Shown: piece by piece, positions 8,403 through 16,997 of the stretch
Layout: each line of letters begins with the position of its first letter
Position numbering within the stretch: the first letter of the stretch is position 1
Assembly (NCBI GenBank): GCA_035624805.1
Contig: DASPQU010000251.1
Coordinates: 1 to 25,695, forward strand
Direction: 5' to 3'
Length of the DNA: 25,695 nucleotides
Source of the DNA: Candidatus Binataceae bacterium
Lineage (GTDB): Bacteria; Desulfobacterota; Binatia; Binatales; Binataceae
The notes under the pieces: model-generated
Seen by the model: the letters and a program-made list of their open reading frames with translations, nothing else
What the model was told of the DNA's origin: nothing
The model's database searches: none
Translations under genes and position numbers: made by a program

Positions 8403-9902
8403 TTAATCCGACCGCCGTTCTTTTATGGTCGACCGTGCGATTGTGGCGAGGCGGCGCACGCTGTCTTCGATTTGAAGCGGCGGCGTCGCTGCGAAGCCGA
8501 GGATGAGTGCGCTGCGCGCGGGTTTGGTCATGTAATACGAGGACAGCGGAGTGACGCCGATTCCGGCGTCGGCTGCGCGGCGCGACACCTCGATATCGTT
8601 TGTCCCATCCGGCAGCCATCCGACGCAGTGCATCCCCGATTCGCCCGGATCAACATCGACCAGCCCTTTCAGATGCCGCTGGGCGGCATCGATCAGCGCA
8701 CGGCGCCGCTCGCCGTATGCAATACGCATCCGGCGAACGTGACGAGCGAAATGTCCCTCGCGGATGAAATCCGCCAGCGCAGCCTGCTCGATCGTCGGCG
8801 CATGTCGATCGGTGAGCGCAATCGCGGCTGCGAATCCCGCCGCGAGATGCTCCGGCGCGACCATAAATCCAAGCCGCAGCGCGGGAAACATCACCTTGCT
8901 GAACGTACCGATGTAAATGACGCGCCCTGCCGTATCCAGGCCTTGGAGCGCGGGCAGCGGACGCCCGACGTAGCGATACTCGCTGTCGTAATCGTCCTCG
9001 AAAATCCACGCGCGCCATCGATTCGCCCACTTGAGAAGCGCCATCCGGCGAGCGACGCTCATCGTCGCTCCGAGCGGGAACTGGTGCGACGGCGTCACAT
9101 ATGCGCCGCGCGCGGCCGGAGCGTCATCGATCCTGATTCCGTGCTCGTCGATTCCGATCGGATACAGTTGTGCACCCGATGCGACCATCGCCGCACACGC
9201 TCCGCGATACCCGGGATCTTCGACGATCACACGCGCCCCCGGATCGAAGAGCATCCGCGCCGCGAGATCGAGCGCCTGCTGCGAGCCCGATACGACGATT
9301 ACCTGCTCGGTGGTAGCGCGCACCGCACGCACCTCTCCGAGATAGTCTGCGATCGCTTCGCGAAGCGGACGGTAGCCCGCAGGGTCTCCATACCCCATCA
9401 GGCGGGTTGACGAAGCAGAGATTTTGTCCGCGACCATCCTGCGCCACAGTCCGGCAGGAAAGAGGTCGAATGCCGGCATGCTGTGCCGAAGCGCCATCGG
9501 AGGACCGCCTGTCGGCGCAACCGAGGTCGTCGTGCGCGCGAGCAATTTTCCGCGGCGTGAAAACCCTGCGGTCGAGGACAGGCGCAATCGCGAAGCAGGC
9601 TCGATATGTTTTGCGAGACGAAAATCGTCGGGCAGCGACGAACTCACGCGAGTGCCTGAACCGACGCGGCTTTCGACGTAGCCCTCTGCGGCGAGCCGAT
9701 CGAACGCGACGCTTGCCGTTATCCGGGCGATTCGGAATTCGGCGGCAAGATGGCGCGTCGAAGGGAGGCGCGAGCCCGGCCTGAGACGCCCGTCGAGAAT
9801 TGCGCGTGCGATTCCAAAGTAGAGCTGATCGGCGAGAGCGCGGTCGGCGGAGCGATCGAGCCGGACTGCGGAGAGATTGAATTGCGCGGTCTGTTTCGCC
9901 AT
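8403..9902 (-). CDS. MocR/GabR-family PLP-dependent transcriptional regulator
   Basis: N-terminal GntR wHTH (GSRLPSTRHLA, GSGTRV), EDPGY, YVTPSHQFPLG, EDDYDSE, YIGTFSKVMFPALRLG. The ORF-track extension to 10229 overlaps the divergent gene and is rejected. Confidence 0.95.
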   Translation of the reverse strand: MAKQTAQFNLSAVRLDRSADRALADQLYFGIARAILDGRLRPGSRLPSTRHLAAEFRIARITASVAFDRLAAEGYVESRVGSGTRVSSSLPDDFRLAKHIEPASRLRLSSTAGFSRRGKLLARTTTSVAPTGGPPMALRHSMPAFDLFPAGLWRRMVADKISASSTRLMGYGDPAGYRPLREAIADYLGEVRAVRATTEQVIVVSGSQQALDLAARMLFDPGARVIVEDPGYRGACAAMVASGAQLYPIGIDEHGIRIDDAPAARGAYVTPSHQFPLGATMSVARRMALLKWANRWRAWIFEDDYDSEYRYVGRPLPALQGLDTAGRVIYIGTFSKVMFPALRLGFMVAPEHLAAGFAAAIALTDRHAPTIEQAALADFIREGHFARHVRRMRIAYGERRRALIDAAQRHLKGLVDVDPGESGMHCVGWLPDGTNDIEVSRRAADAGIGVTPLSSYYMTKPARSALILGFAATPPLQIEDSVRRLATIARSTIKERRSD

Positions 9903-9909
9903 GAACCTT

Positions 9910-9957
9910 AATGGCCCTATGAATTTCTTGAAAATGGCAGCTTGTTGCGATGCCATT
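9910..9957. promoter_or_regulatory. Candidate MocR operator: AATGGC direct repeats plus an inverted copy
   Basis: AATGGC at 9910-9915 and 9933-9938; GCCATT at 9952-9957. AATGGCA-N11-TGCCATT forms a palindrome. Confidence 0.6.
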
Positions 9958-10028
9958 AAACAGCTACAAAATGCGCATCGCGGACGCAAGCATCGCGAGC
10001 ATCGACGCAATCGGAGGTCGTAGACGAG

Positions 10029-10703
10029 ATGAGAGACGGGAGGGCGGCGACAGCTCCCAGCCAACGGGTTGCGCTTGGACGACACGCCGAGCGTGGTCAA
10101 TACGATTTCGAGACCATCGCCGCGATTCTCGACGAGGCGCTCGTATGCCACGTCGGATTCGTAGTCGACGGGCAGCCATATGTGATTCCGACCACATACG
10201 CGCGTATCGGTCACGACCTCTATCTCCATGGCTCTCCGGTCGCGCGATGGATTCGTGTGCTCGGCAGCCGGGCGCCGCTGTGCGTTACCGTGACTCTGCT
10301 CGACGGCCTTGTGCTCGCGCGCTCAGCGTTTCGCCACTCGATGAACTATCGCTCGGTGGTCGTGCTCGGGCGCGCAACGCAAGTTGACGATCCGCAGGAA
10401 AAGATGGGCGCGTTCGAGGCGCTGGTCGAGCACGTCGCACCCGGGCGATGGAACGACGGCATCCGCCATCCAAGCGACGCTGAAATTCGCGCAACGATGG
10501 TGCTCAGGATTCCGCTCGACGAGGCATCGGCGAAGATGCGCAAGGGACCGCCGCTTGATGCGGAGGGCGACCTCGCGCGCGAGGTATGGGCGGGCCATCT
10601 GCCGATGCGTTGGGTCGCAGGCGATCCGATCGCCGATCCTGCGCTTGCGCCGTCGTTCGAGATCCCAGGCTATGTCGCGGAGTACACTCGCGCTGCGAAA
10701 TAA
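10029..10703 (+). CDS. Pyridoxamine 5'-phosphate oxidase-family flavin-nucleotide-binding protein
   Basis: ILDEALVCHVGF, PYVIPT, LYLHGS, VTLLDGLVLARSAFRHSMNYRSVV. GGAGGT RBS at 10013-10018. Confidence 0.92.
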   Translation: MRDGRAATAPSQRVALGRHAERGQYDFETIAAILDEALVCHVGFVVDGQPYVIPTTYARIGHDLYLHGSPVARWIRVLGSRAPLCVTVTLLDGLVLARSAFRHSMNYRSVVVLGRATQVDDPQEKMGAFEALVEHVAPGRWNDGIRHPSDAEIRATMVLRIPLDEASAKMRKGPPLDAEGDLAREVWAGHLPMRWVAGDPIADPALAPSFEIPGYVAEYTRAAK

Positions 10704-10731
10704 TCGTCGGGCGGCGAATTGGCGATCGCTC

Positions 10732-10799
10732 CTGGTCTTTATCCTCTCCCTGACTCTGGTTTCCCCTCTCCCTGACTAGGGAGAGGGTAGGGTGAGGGT
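10732..10799. repeat. REP-like intergenic palindrome CCCTCTCCCT-GACT-AGGGAGAGGG-TAGGGTGAGGG with an upstream partial duplication
   Basis: Perfect 10-bp stem at 10764-10773/10778-10787. CCTCTCCCTGACT is repeated at 10743-10755 and 10765-10777. Confidence 0.65.
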
Positions 10800-10901
10800 A
10801 CGCAACCGTTTGCGCACAAAACGGATGCTTTTCGCACCCCTCATTCTCTGCAAGAATCGCCGTCCGCGCGGATCCGGATGAGCGCGCGAGGGGAGGCGCC
10901 A

Positions 10902-11675
10902 ATGAAAGCGTCGTTTTCACAATCCAGGATTCTCGCGGTTCTACTGTCGGTCGCGCTCGCGGGATGCGCGAGCGCAAAGGTCACGCCCGAAACCGTCGCT
11001 GCTACGCCCGTCAAACCGGCGCGTCCGGATCGCGTCGTCGTTTACGATTTTGCGGTGAACTCCGGCGAGGTTTCGCCGAATCAGGGCCTCCTTGAAAAGG
11101 CCTATCGCGACATGGCGGAAAATGCCGAGCAGCAGCAGGCGAAGCAACTGCAAATGGCCCATGATGTCGCACGCGATTTGTCCGACGCGCTTGTCGAAAA
11201 ACTTGCGGCTCTCGGTTTCGCTGCAGGCGAGATACCGCGTGGTACGCCGCCTCCGGATGGTGCGCTCGTGTTCGACGGCAGTTTCGTCAACATCAGTCAG
11301 GGCAATCAGCTTCGCCGACTGGTGATCGGATTCGGCGCTGGCGCGTCGACGATCGATACGCAGGTGAACATCTATATGATGCAGGGTGGAAATCCGCAGA
11401 GTCTCCGCAGCTTCACCACGCACGCCGACAGCGGAAAGATGCCCGGCGCCGCGGTCACGATGGGCGCCGGCGCGGCTGCTCAGGGCGGAGCGACGGTCGC
11501 GGCGGGAGCGGCGACGGCAGGATTGGCGGGGGTGAAGACCTATCGGTCGTCGATGGGTTCTCTGGCGGATATGACGGCCAAGCAAATCGCGGCCTACTTC
11601 TCCCAGTACGCCGCCGATCAGGGATGGATCAGCCGCGATCAGGTGATGCAGGCAAGCGTCAGCACCCCCAAATAA
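10902..11675 (+). CDS. DUF4410-like lipoprotein
   Basis: Signal peptide with lipobox LAGC; VVVYDFAV, GN..RRLVIGFGAG, GKMPG. GGGAGG RBS before ATG 10902. Confidence 0.8.
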   Translation: MKASFSQSRILAVLLSVALAGCASAKVTPETVAATPVKPARPDRVVVYDFAVNSGEVSPNQGLLEKAYRDMAENAEQQQAKQLQMAHDVARDLSDALVEKLAALGFAAGEIPRGTPPPDGALVFDGSFVNISQGNQLRRLVIGFGAGASTIDTQVNIYMMQGGNPQSLRSFTTHADSGKMPGAAVTMGAGAAAQGGATVAAGAATAGLAGVKTYRSSMGSLADMTAKQIAAYFSQYAADQGWISRDQVMQASVSTPK

Positions 11676-11721
11676 CCGCCCTCTTCCCTCGTGAGCCCCT
11701 GACTCGCGCAGGCAACGGAGT

Positions 11722-12096
11722 CTAGACCGCCTGCAACCTCTCGCGTTCGCGGATTCGGTTGCCCAGTTCGATATGCACGACGGTGGGAACGTGCCTGCGC
11801 GCTTCGGCCTCTTCCATGTGAGCGAACGTCGCGATAATCACGACGTCGCCCGGCGAGCCTTTGAGCGCGGCGGCGCCGTTCAGGCAAACCTCGCCCGAAC
11901 CTCGCGGCGCATTGATCGCGTAGGTCTGAAGACGCTCACCGTTCGTAACGTTCCAGACGTGCACCTGTTCAAATTCGAGGATTCCAGCCGCGTCGAGCAG
12001 TTCGCGATCGATAGCGACCGAGCCTTCGTAATCGGGTTCGCATCCGGTGAGGACCGCCCGATGAATCTTCGCCCTGAGCATAACTCGCGTTGACAA
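11722..12096 (-). CDS. panD: Aspartate 1-decarboxylase
   Basis: MLRAKIHRA, self-cleavage YEGS, NGERLQTY, CLNGAAA. TTG start at 12096 with GGAG upstream. Confidence 0.95.
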   Translation of the reverse strand: MSTRVMLRAKIHRAVLTGCEPDYEGSVAIDRELLDAAGILEFEQVHVWNVTNGERLQTYAINAPRGSGEVCLNGAAALKGSPGDVVIIATFAHMEEAEARRHVPTVVHIELGNRIRERERLQAV

Positions 12097-12146
12097 ATTG
12101 ATAATCTCCGAAACAGACGAACAAAACTTGGGCTTCGATGGACCGG

Positions 12147-12998
12147 CTATGTGGGACACGAGAGCACGACGTTGTCGATTAGCCGCGTAGCTCCGACGCG
12201 CGTCGCGATCGCGAGCACTATCGGACGCTCGGGCGAAGCGGGCGCATCGAGGGTCTCTGCGTCCACGGCTTCGACATATTCGATTGCAACCGTGGGAGTC
12301 ACCGCGAGCACTCGCATCGCCGCCGCGACGAGATCGCCCGGGGCGCGAACGCCGCTCTCGTACGCCTTGCGCGCTGCCACGAGTGCGCGGTTGAGCGCGA
12401 GTGCGTCGGCACGCTCCGCAGGACTGAGATAGGCGTTACGCGACGACATCGCCAGTCCGTCGGCTTCGCGAACGATCGGCATCGGAACGATCTCGACATC
12501 CATGTTCAGGTCGCAGACCATCCGCTGAATCGCACGTAGTTGCTGAAAATCCTTCTCGCCGAAAAACGCCAGATGCGGCTTCACGATATTGAACAGCTTG
12601 GCCACCACTGTCGTCACACCGCGGAAATGACCGGGCCGGCTCTTGCCGCATAGCCCACGCGTCAAGTCTGTCACCTCAATCCAGGTCTGCGCGTCGGGCC
12701 GATACATCTCCGAAGCCGTCGGTGCGAACAGCACATCGACGGGAACCGTTTCCATCATCGCGCAGTCGCGCGCGAGATCGCGCGGATATCGCGAAAAATC
12801 CTCGCGCGGGCCAAACTGCGTCGGATTCACGAAAATCGACGCGACGACGACATCGCTGCGACGGCGCGCCTCGCGCATCAGGCTGATGTGCCCCTCGTGC
12901 AGGAATCCCATCGTGGGGACAAACCCTATCCGTTCGCCGCGTCCTCGGATGTCGTCCGCAAGACGATTCATCGCGCTGACCGTCTCAATCGTTTTCAT
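12147..12998 (-). CDS. panC: Pantoate-beta-alanine ligase
   Basis: VPTMGFLHEGH, SIFVNPTQF, RPGHFRGV, FGEKDFQQ, GLAMSSRN, RLIDN. Confidence 0.97.
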   Translation of the reverse strand: MKTIETVSAMNRLADDIRGRGERIGFVPTMGFLHEGHISLMREARRRSDVVVASIFVNPTQFGPREDFSRYPRDLARDCAMMETVPVDVLFAPTASEMYRPDAQTWIEVTDLTRGLCGKSRPGHFRGVTTVVAKLFNIVKPHLAFFGEKDFQQLRAIQRMVCDLNMDVEIVPMPIVREADGLAMSSRNAYLSPAERADALALNRALVAARKAYESGVRAPGDLVAAAMRVLAVTPTVAIEYVEAVDAETLDAPASPERPIVLAIATRVGATRLIDNVVLSCPT

Positions 12999-13831
12999 TG
13001 TCGGCCTTCCTGTATTCCGTAGCTGTGCTCAGGACCGGGAAAGGCGCGCTCTCTGACCTCGCGGACGTATGCGGTCGCGGCGGCGGTCGTTTGCTCCCAT
13101 AGATTCACGTAGCACTTCGCAAAGCGGGGGATGAAATCGGGAGTGAGTCCGAGCATGTCGTGCATCACGAGAACCTGGCCGTCGCATCCGACGCCTGCGC
13201 CGATTCCGATCGTCGGGATCGAAACCGCGCGCGTGATTTCCGAGGCAAGCGGCGCGGGCATCCCTTCGAGCACGATCGCGAACGCGCCCGCCTCCTCGAG
13301 TGCTCGCGCATCTTCGAGGATTCGCTCGCGGCATCCGGGGCCGCGACCGCTCCGACGGCCTTGAACGCGATGGCCACCCATGCGATGAATCGACTGCGGC
13401 GTCAGGCCGAGATGGCCCATCACCGGGATATCCACGCGCACCAGCCGCTCAACGGTTGATGCGATCGTAGTCCCGCCTTCGAGCTTCACCGCCTCTGCGC
13501 CGCCTTCCTTCAGCATCCGCCCCGCGTTGCGCAGCGCATCTTCGGCGCTCACCTGGTAGGACAGAAACGGCATGTCGGCGATAAGTAGGGCGCGCTTGCG
13601 ACCGCGCGCGACAATCCGCGTGTGATAGAGAATTTCGTCAACCGTGACGGGCAGAGTGCTGTCCTGCCCCTGTACGACCATCGCGAGACTGTCGCCTACT
13701 AAAATCGCGTCGATACCGGCGTCGTCGAAAATTCGCGCGAACGCGGCGTCATACGCGGTCAGCATCGTGATGGGCCGCCCCGCCGCCTTCATGCGGGCGA
13801 AATCGGTCACGCGTATTTTTTTGTTTTCCAT
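12995..13831 (-). CDS. panB: 3-methyl-2-oxobutanoate hydroxymethyltransferase
   Basis: MLTAYD, LVGDSL, ADMPF, AVKLEGG, GHLGLTPQS, IGIGAG, DGQVLV. ATG 13831 with CAGGAG RBS; stop overlaps the panC start. Confidence 0.97.
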   Translation of the reverse strand: MENKKIRVTDFARMKAAGRPITMLTAYDAAFARIFDDAGIDAILVGDSLAMVVQGQDSTLPVTVDEILYHTRIVARGRKRALLIADMPFLSYQVSAEDALRNAGRMLKEGGAEAVKLEGGTTIASTVERLVRVDIPVMGHLGLTPQSIHRMGGHRVQGRRSGRGPGCRERILEDARALEEAGAFAIVLEGMPAPLASEITRAVSIPTIGIGAGVGCDGQVLVMHDMLGLTPDFIPRFAKCYVNLWEQTTAAATAYVREVRERAFPGPEHSYGIQEGRQ

Positions 13832-13900
13832 CGTCGCTCCTGAACACAATCGGGCGTATGCGCAACCCTGGAGCGAGCCGACTCGTATCAACGAGCGCTC

Positions 13901-13951
13901 AAGTCTCTGGGTCCCAGTCCGCACTGCGGATCCGGGCGCGAGCCCAAGCTT
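13901..13951 (-). ncRNA. Candidate pan RNA motif (cis-regulatory stem-loop with two 3'-side bulged A residues) in the panB leader
   Basis: Minus strand AAGCUUGGG ... CCCAGAGACUU pairs with two bulged A residues on the 3' strand and encloses CCCGG-A-UCCGC-AGU-GCGGA-CUGGG. It ends 70 nt before the panB start. Folded by hand; no covariance search. Confidence 0.5.
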
Positions 13952-14086
13952 CGTATTTCGACGCGCCGCACTCTCTTAACGCTTCGGCGCCGAGCTCTTC
14001 ATTCGCGATCTCGCCCGGAAAGGTCCTCGACGGATCGTTTTGTTGCCTGTTTAGCAGATATCGGGGACTTAACGAAATATCCTGAT

Positions 14087-15247
14087 TCACTTCGCCACTG
14101 TGGTGGTCGCCTGAGGCATCGTGACCGGAAGTTGCGTCCGGACGCCGTTGCGCACGACGCTCAGATAGACGATCTGGCCGGGCTGCGCCGTGCGCATCCG
14201 CTCCTCGAAATCCAGAAAATTCGTAACGCGCGAGCCGTCCACTCCGATTATCATGTCATACGATTCGCCGACCTGCGCGTAATCGAGAATCGGCAGCACC
14301 ATGATCGCGGGCGGAAAGATCATCGCGGCCGCGATCGCCGCGCCGGACAGTACGTTGTGCGTCGTTCGCTTCAATGGCTTCAGACCGGCCTGCTCGGCAG
14401 GGCTCCCGCTGAATACCTGCATCACGAGGAGGCCGTCGGCTTCCTCGCCGCTCTTGAGCTTGCGATGCGTCTCGCGAACCTCAACGCCAATCGACGAGGT
14501 CTCGTCACCTTCCGCCATGAACTCGCGCAAGGTTCCGACTTTCGGATCCTGTTCCGGATTCTGCGACTGCTCGTATTTCGCGATCTCGCTTTGCGGCTGC
14601 TGACCGTTTGCGGATGCGGGCGGTGGAATCGGCTGCGTTTCAGGATTGGGCGCGACCGCTGAGTTGTCAGGCGCAACTGCCTGCGGAATCTCCTGAGTCG
14701 ATGGCGCGGTTCCGCTGATGATCACACCGGAATTCGGAAGCGCGGGCGCGGTGGGGCTCTTGATATCGGGGCGAGTTGGAGCGCCGGACGATGAGACGTC
14801 CGAATCGGGCGCGGGCTCAGGCGATGCATGCGCTTCGGCGCTCGGAGCGCTCGCCGGCGTCGGCGCGGACTCGAATGTCGACGGCGAAGCGGCAGCCGAA
14901 ACCGGTGACGATGTCGACGCGGCAACGGACGACGATGCCGCCATCGGCGACGAATCGGAGCCGTGCGCGGCTGCCGGCGACGCCGCCGCTATCGGGCTCG
15001 GACCGGAGTTTGCCGCTGCCGGCGTCGAGGGCGTCTCTGCGATTGCCGCTGCTGCTGGCGGCGCAGCCGCGCTCGGATTGGTTTCCGGCGCAAGAGGTGC
15101 GCCAGGCGCACCGCCATAGGGCATAACTCCCGCGCGTTCGGCGTCGCCGCCTGTGATCGGTGGGTTATCGGTTTGCGCGCGAGCGACCGACAGCGACGCG
15201 ATCGCAACCAGGACTATCGCCATTACCGCTGTCGCGGTTGCCTTCAC
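14087..15247 (-). CDS. Secreted protein with long Pro/Ala/Ser-rich linker and C-terminal PDZ domain
   Basis: Signal peptide (..VARA-QT), ~200 aa low-complexity region, GLLVMQVFSGSPAEQAGL ... DMIIGVDG ... VYLSVVRNG. Confidence 0.85.
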   Translation of the reverse strand: MKATATAVMAIVLVAIASLSVARAQTDNPPITGGDAERAGVMPYGGAPGAPLAPETNPSAAAPPAAAAIAETPSTPAAANSGPSPIAAASPAAAHGSDSSPMAASSSVAASTSSPVSAAASPSTFESAPTPASAPSAEAHASPEPAPDSDVSSSGAPTRPDIKSPTAPALPNSGVIISGTAPSTQEIPQAVAPDNSAVAPNPETQPIPPPASANGQQPQSEIAKYEQSQNPEQDPKVGTLREFMAEGDETSSIGVEVRETHRKLKSGEEADGLLVMQVFSGSPAEQAGLKPLKRTTHNVLSGAAIAAAMIFPPAIMVLPILDYAQVGESYDMIIGVDGSRVTNFLDFEERMRTAQPGQIVYLSVVRNGVRTQLPVTMPQATTTVAK

Positions 15248-15258
15248 GTCCTACCCTG

Positions 15259-16140
15259 CTAGGCCAGACTCCAAAGGTTATCATGCTGTTTTACGCGACG
15301 CTCGCGATGAAGTTTTTTCAGATGCGAGCGGACGGAACTGGCGGCGGCCGGATGCAGATACTCGGGGACGTCGAAATAGATCTTCTTGACGATCGTCATC
15401 ACTTCCAGCGGCGAGGAACTTTCGAGCGTCTTGAGGACCTGGGTCTCCCGCAGCTCGCGATGGGCGATGTATTCGCGGATTTTCGCGCCCGCATTGTGGA
15501 TCGTCGGCCCGTGCGCGGGATAGATGGTCTCGGCTCCGATCGCGAGCAGACGATGCAGCGAATTCATGTAATCGCCAAGATCGCCGGTGTCGTCAGGAAT
15601 CACGGTCGTGCCCGCCCCAAGAACCACGTCGCCGGTAAAAAGAGCCTTCTCTTCCTCGAGGTAATAGCAGAGATGATCGGGCGCGTGACCGGGAGTATGG
15701 ATCGCGCGAAGCGTGGCGCCCTCGGTTTTGATGACCGCGCCGTCCTCGATCGCGATGAGCGGCTCACCGGCCGGGTTGTCGTGAGAGAGCCACGGTTTCT
15801 TCATCACTTCAACGCGGGGAAAGCGCGCGCGCACCTGCTTGACACCGCCTATATGATCGACATGCGCGTGAGTCAGCACGATTCGATCGAGACCGTCCGC
15901 AGCGCACAACTCGCGCATCGCCTTGTCGAGCAGCTCAGCCCAGATCGGAATCCCCTGACCCGTATCGAGCAGAATTGGCCGACGGCCGGTGCCGACAAGA
16001 TAGGTATTGGTGCCTGGTCCGGTGAATGCCGACGGGTTATGACCCAAAACCGTCGCGACACGCTCGGAGAGCCTGGCGTAGTCGGGCAGCTTCATTCCGA
16101 TCATTGAATCGGTGACGATCCGCGCGGGCGACTGTTCCAT
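15259..16140 (-). CDS. Metallo-beta-lactamase-fold hydrolase, LACTB2-like, with C-terminal winged helix
   Basis: NPSAFTGPGTNTY, THAHVDH, HTPGHAPDH, LFTGD, PAHG. GGAG RBS before ATG 16140. Confidence 0.92.
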   Translation of the reverse strand: MEQSPARIVTDSMIGMKLPDYARLSERVATVLGHNPSAFTGPGTNTYLVGTGRRPILLDTGQGIPIWAELLDKAMRELCAADGLDRIVLTHAHVDHIGGVKQVRARFPRVEVMKKPWLSHDNPAGEPLIAIEDGAVIKTEGATLRAIHTPGHAPDHLCYYLEEEKALFTGDVVLGAGTTVIPDDTGDLGDYMNSLHRLLAIGAETIYPAHGPTIHNAGAKIREYIAHRELRETQVLKTLESSSPLEVMTIVKKIYFDVPEYLHPAAASSVRSHLKKLHRERRVKQHDNLWSLA

Positions 16141-16159
16141 CGCTTCTCCACTTTTGCGT

Positions 16160-16930
16160 TTAACGGCGGTTGCGCTCGTAAATCAGGCGCAGCCCCTTAA
16201 GTGTCAGATATTCGTCAACTTCTTCAATCGTCTCCGATTCGGGCGCAATCAGGCTGGCGAGACCGCCAGTTGCGATCACGTGAGCAGGCTCACCCCGCTC
16301 ACGGCGAATCCGGTTGACGAGTCCGTCCACCAGCGCAGTATAGCCGAAAATCATCCCAGACTGGATCGAAGAAACGGTGGTGCGCCCGACCGCCTCGCGA
16401 GGCCGCGCAAGTTCGACGCGATGGAGCTTGGCTGCGTTCTCGATCAGCGCGTCCATTGAGACCAGGAGTCCGGGCGCGATCGCGCCGCCCGCGTACTCGC
16501 CCCGCCCGGTCACATAATCGAACGTCGTGGCAGTTCCAAAATCGACCACGATACAGGCGGTTGCGTACTTGTCGTACGCAGCGACTGCGTCCACGATCCT
16601 ATCCGCGCCGACTTCTTTCGGATTCTCGTACAGAATGGGCATCCCGGTTTTGATTCCCGGGCCAACCATTAGCGGGACAGCCTGAAAATACTGCTCAACG
16701 ATCTGCTCGATAACCTGGTTGAGGCCGGGGACGACGCATGCGACCGCAACGCCCTCGGGCCGCAACGGAGGCTTTAATCCCGCAATGTGAAAGAGAGTGT
16801 CAAAAATCGCGGCATGCTCATCTGCCGTGCGATCGGGATCGGTGGAGATTCTCCAGTGGCGGAGCAATTGATCGCCGGAATAAATGCCGAGGACGATATG
16901 GGTGTTGCCGCAATCAATAGTGACCAGCAT
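16160..16930 (-). CDS. coaX: Type III pantothenate kinase
   Basis: IDCGNT, VGADR, VVDFGTATT, GGAIAPG, IATGG, LTLKGL. Confidence 0.96.
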   Translation of the reverse strand: MLVTIDCGNTHIVLGIYSGDQLLRHWRISTDPDRTADEHAAIFDTLFHIAGLKPPLRPEGVAVACVVPGLNQVIEQIVEQYFQAVPLMVGPGIKTGMPILYENPKEVGADRIVDAVAAYDKYATACIVVDFGTATTFDYVTGRGEYAGGAIAPGLLVSMDALIENAAKLHRVELARPREAVGRTTVSSIQSGMIFGYTALVDGLVNRIRRERGEPAHVIATGGLASLIAPESETIEEVDEYLTLKGLRLIYERNRR

Positions 16931-16997
16931 CGAAAGTGTTCCAAGCCTTTGAAGAGATATAGGTATAGAGCGAAGCGGATGCCAGTGGGGGACTGCT

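Noticed and set aside
3636-9410. Long antisense or alternate-frame ORFs (3636-4466, 5728-6525, 7186-8136, 7578-8291, 8472-9410)
   Set aside because: They shadow well-supported genes, are Arg/Ala-rich without motifs, and are expected in GC-rich DNA.
9903-10229. 109-aa N-terminal extension of the MocR ORF in the track
   Set aside because: It overlaps the divergent FMN-binding gene and the operator boxes; GntR-like sequence begins only after Met 9902.
13899-14090. 63-aa ORF in the panB leader as a possible leader peptide
   Set aside because: It starts inside the upstream gene's end, has no clear RBS or telling codon run, and the RNA structure explains the region better.
15160-16107. 315-aa plus-strand ORF
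   Set aside because: Antisense shadow of the MBL hydrolase with no recognisable motif.
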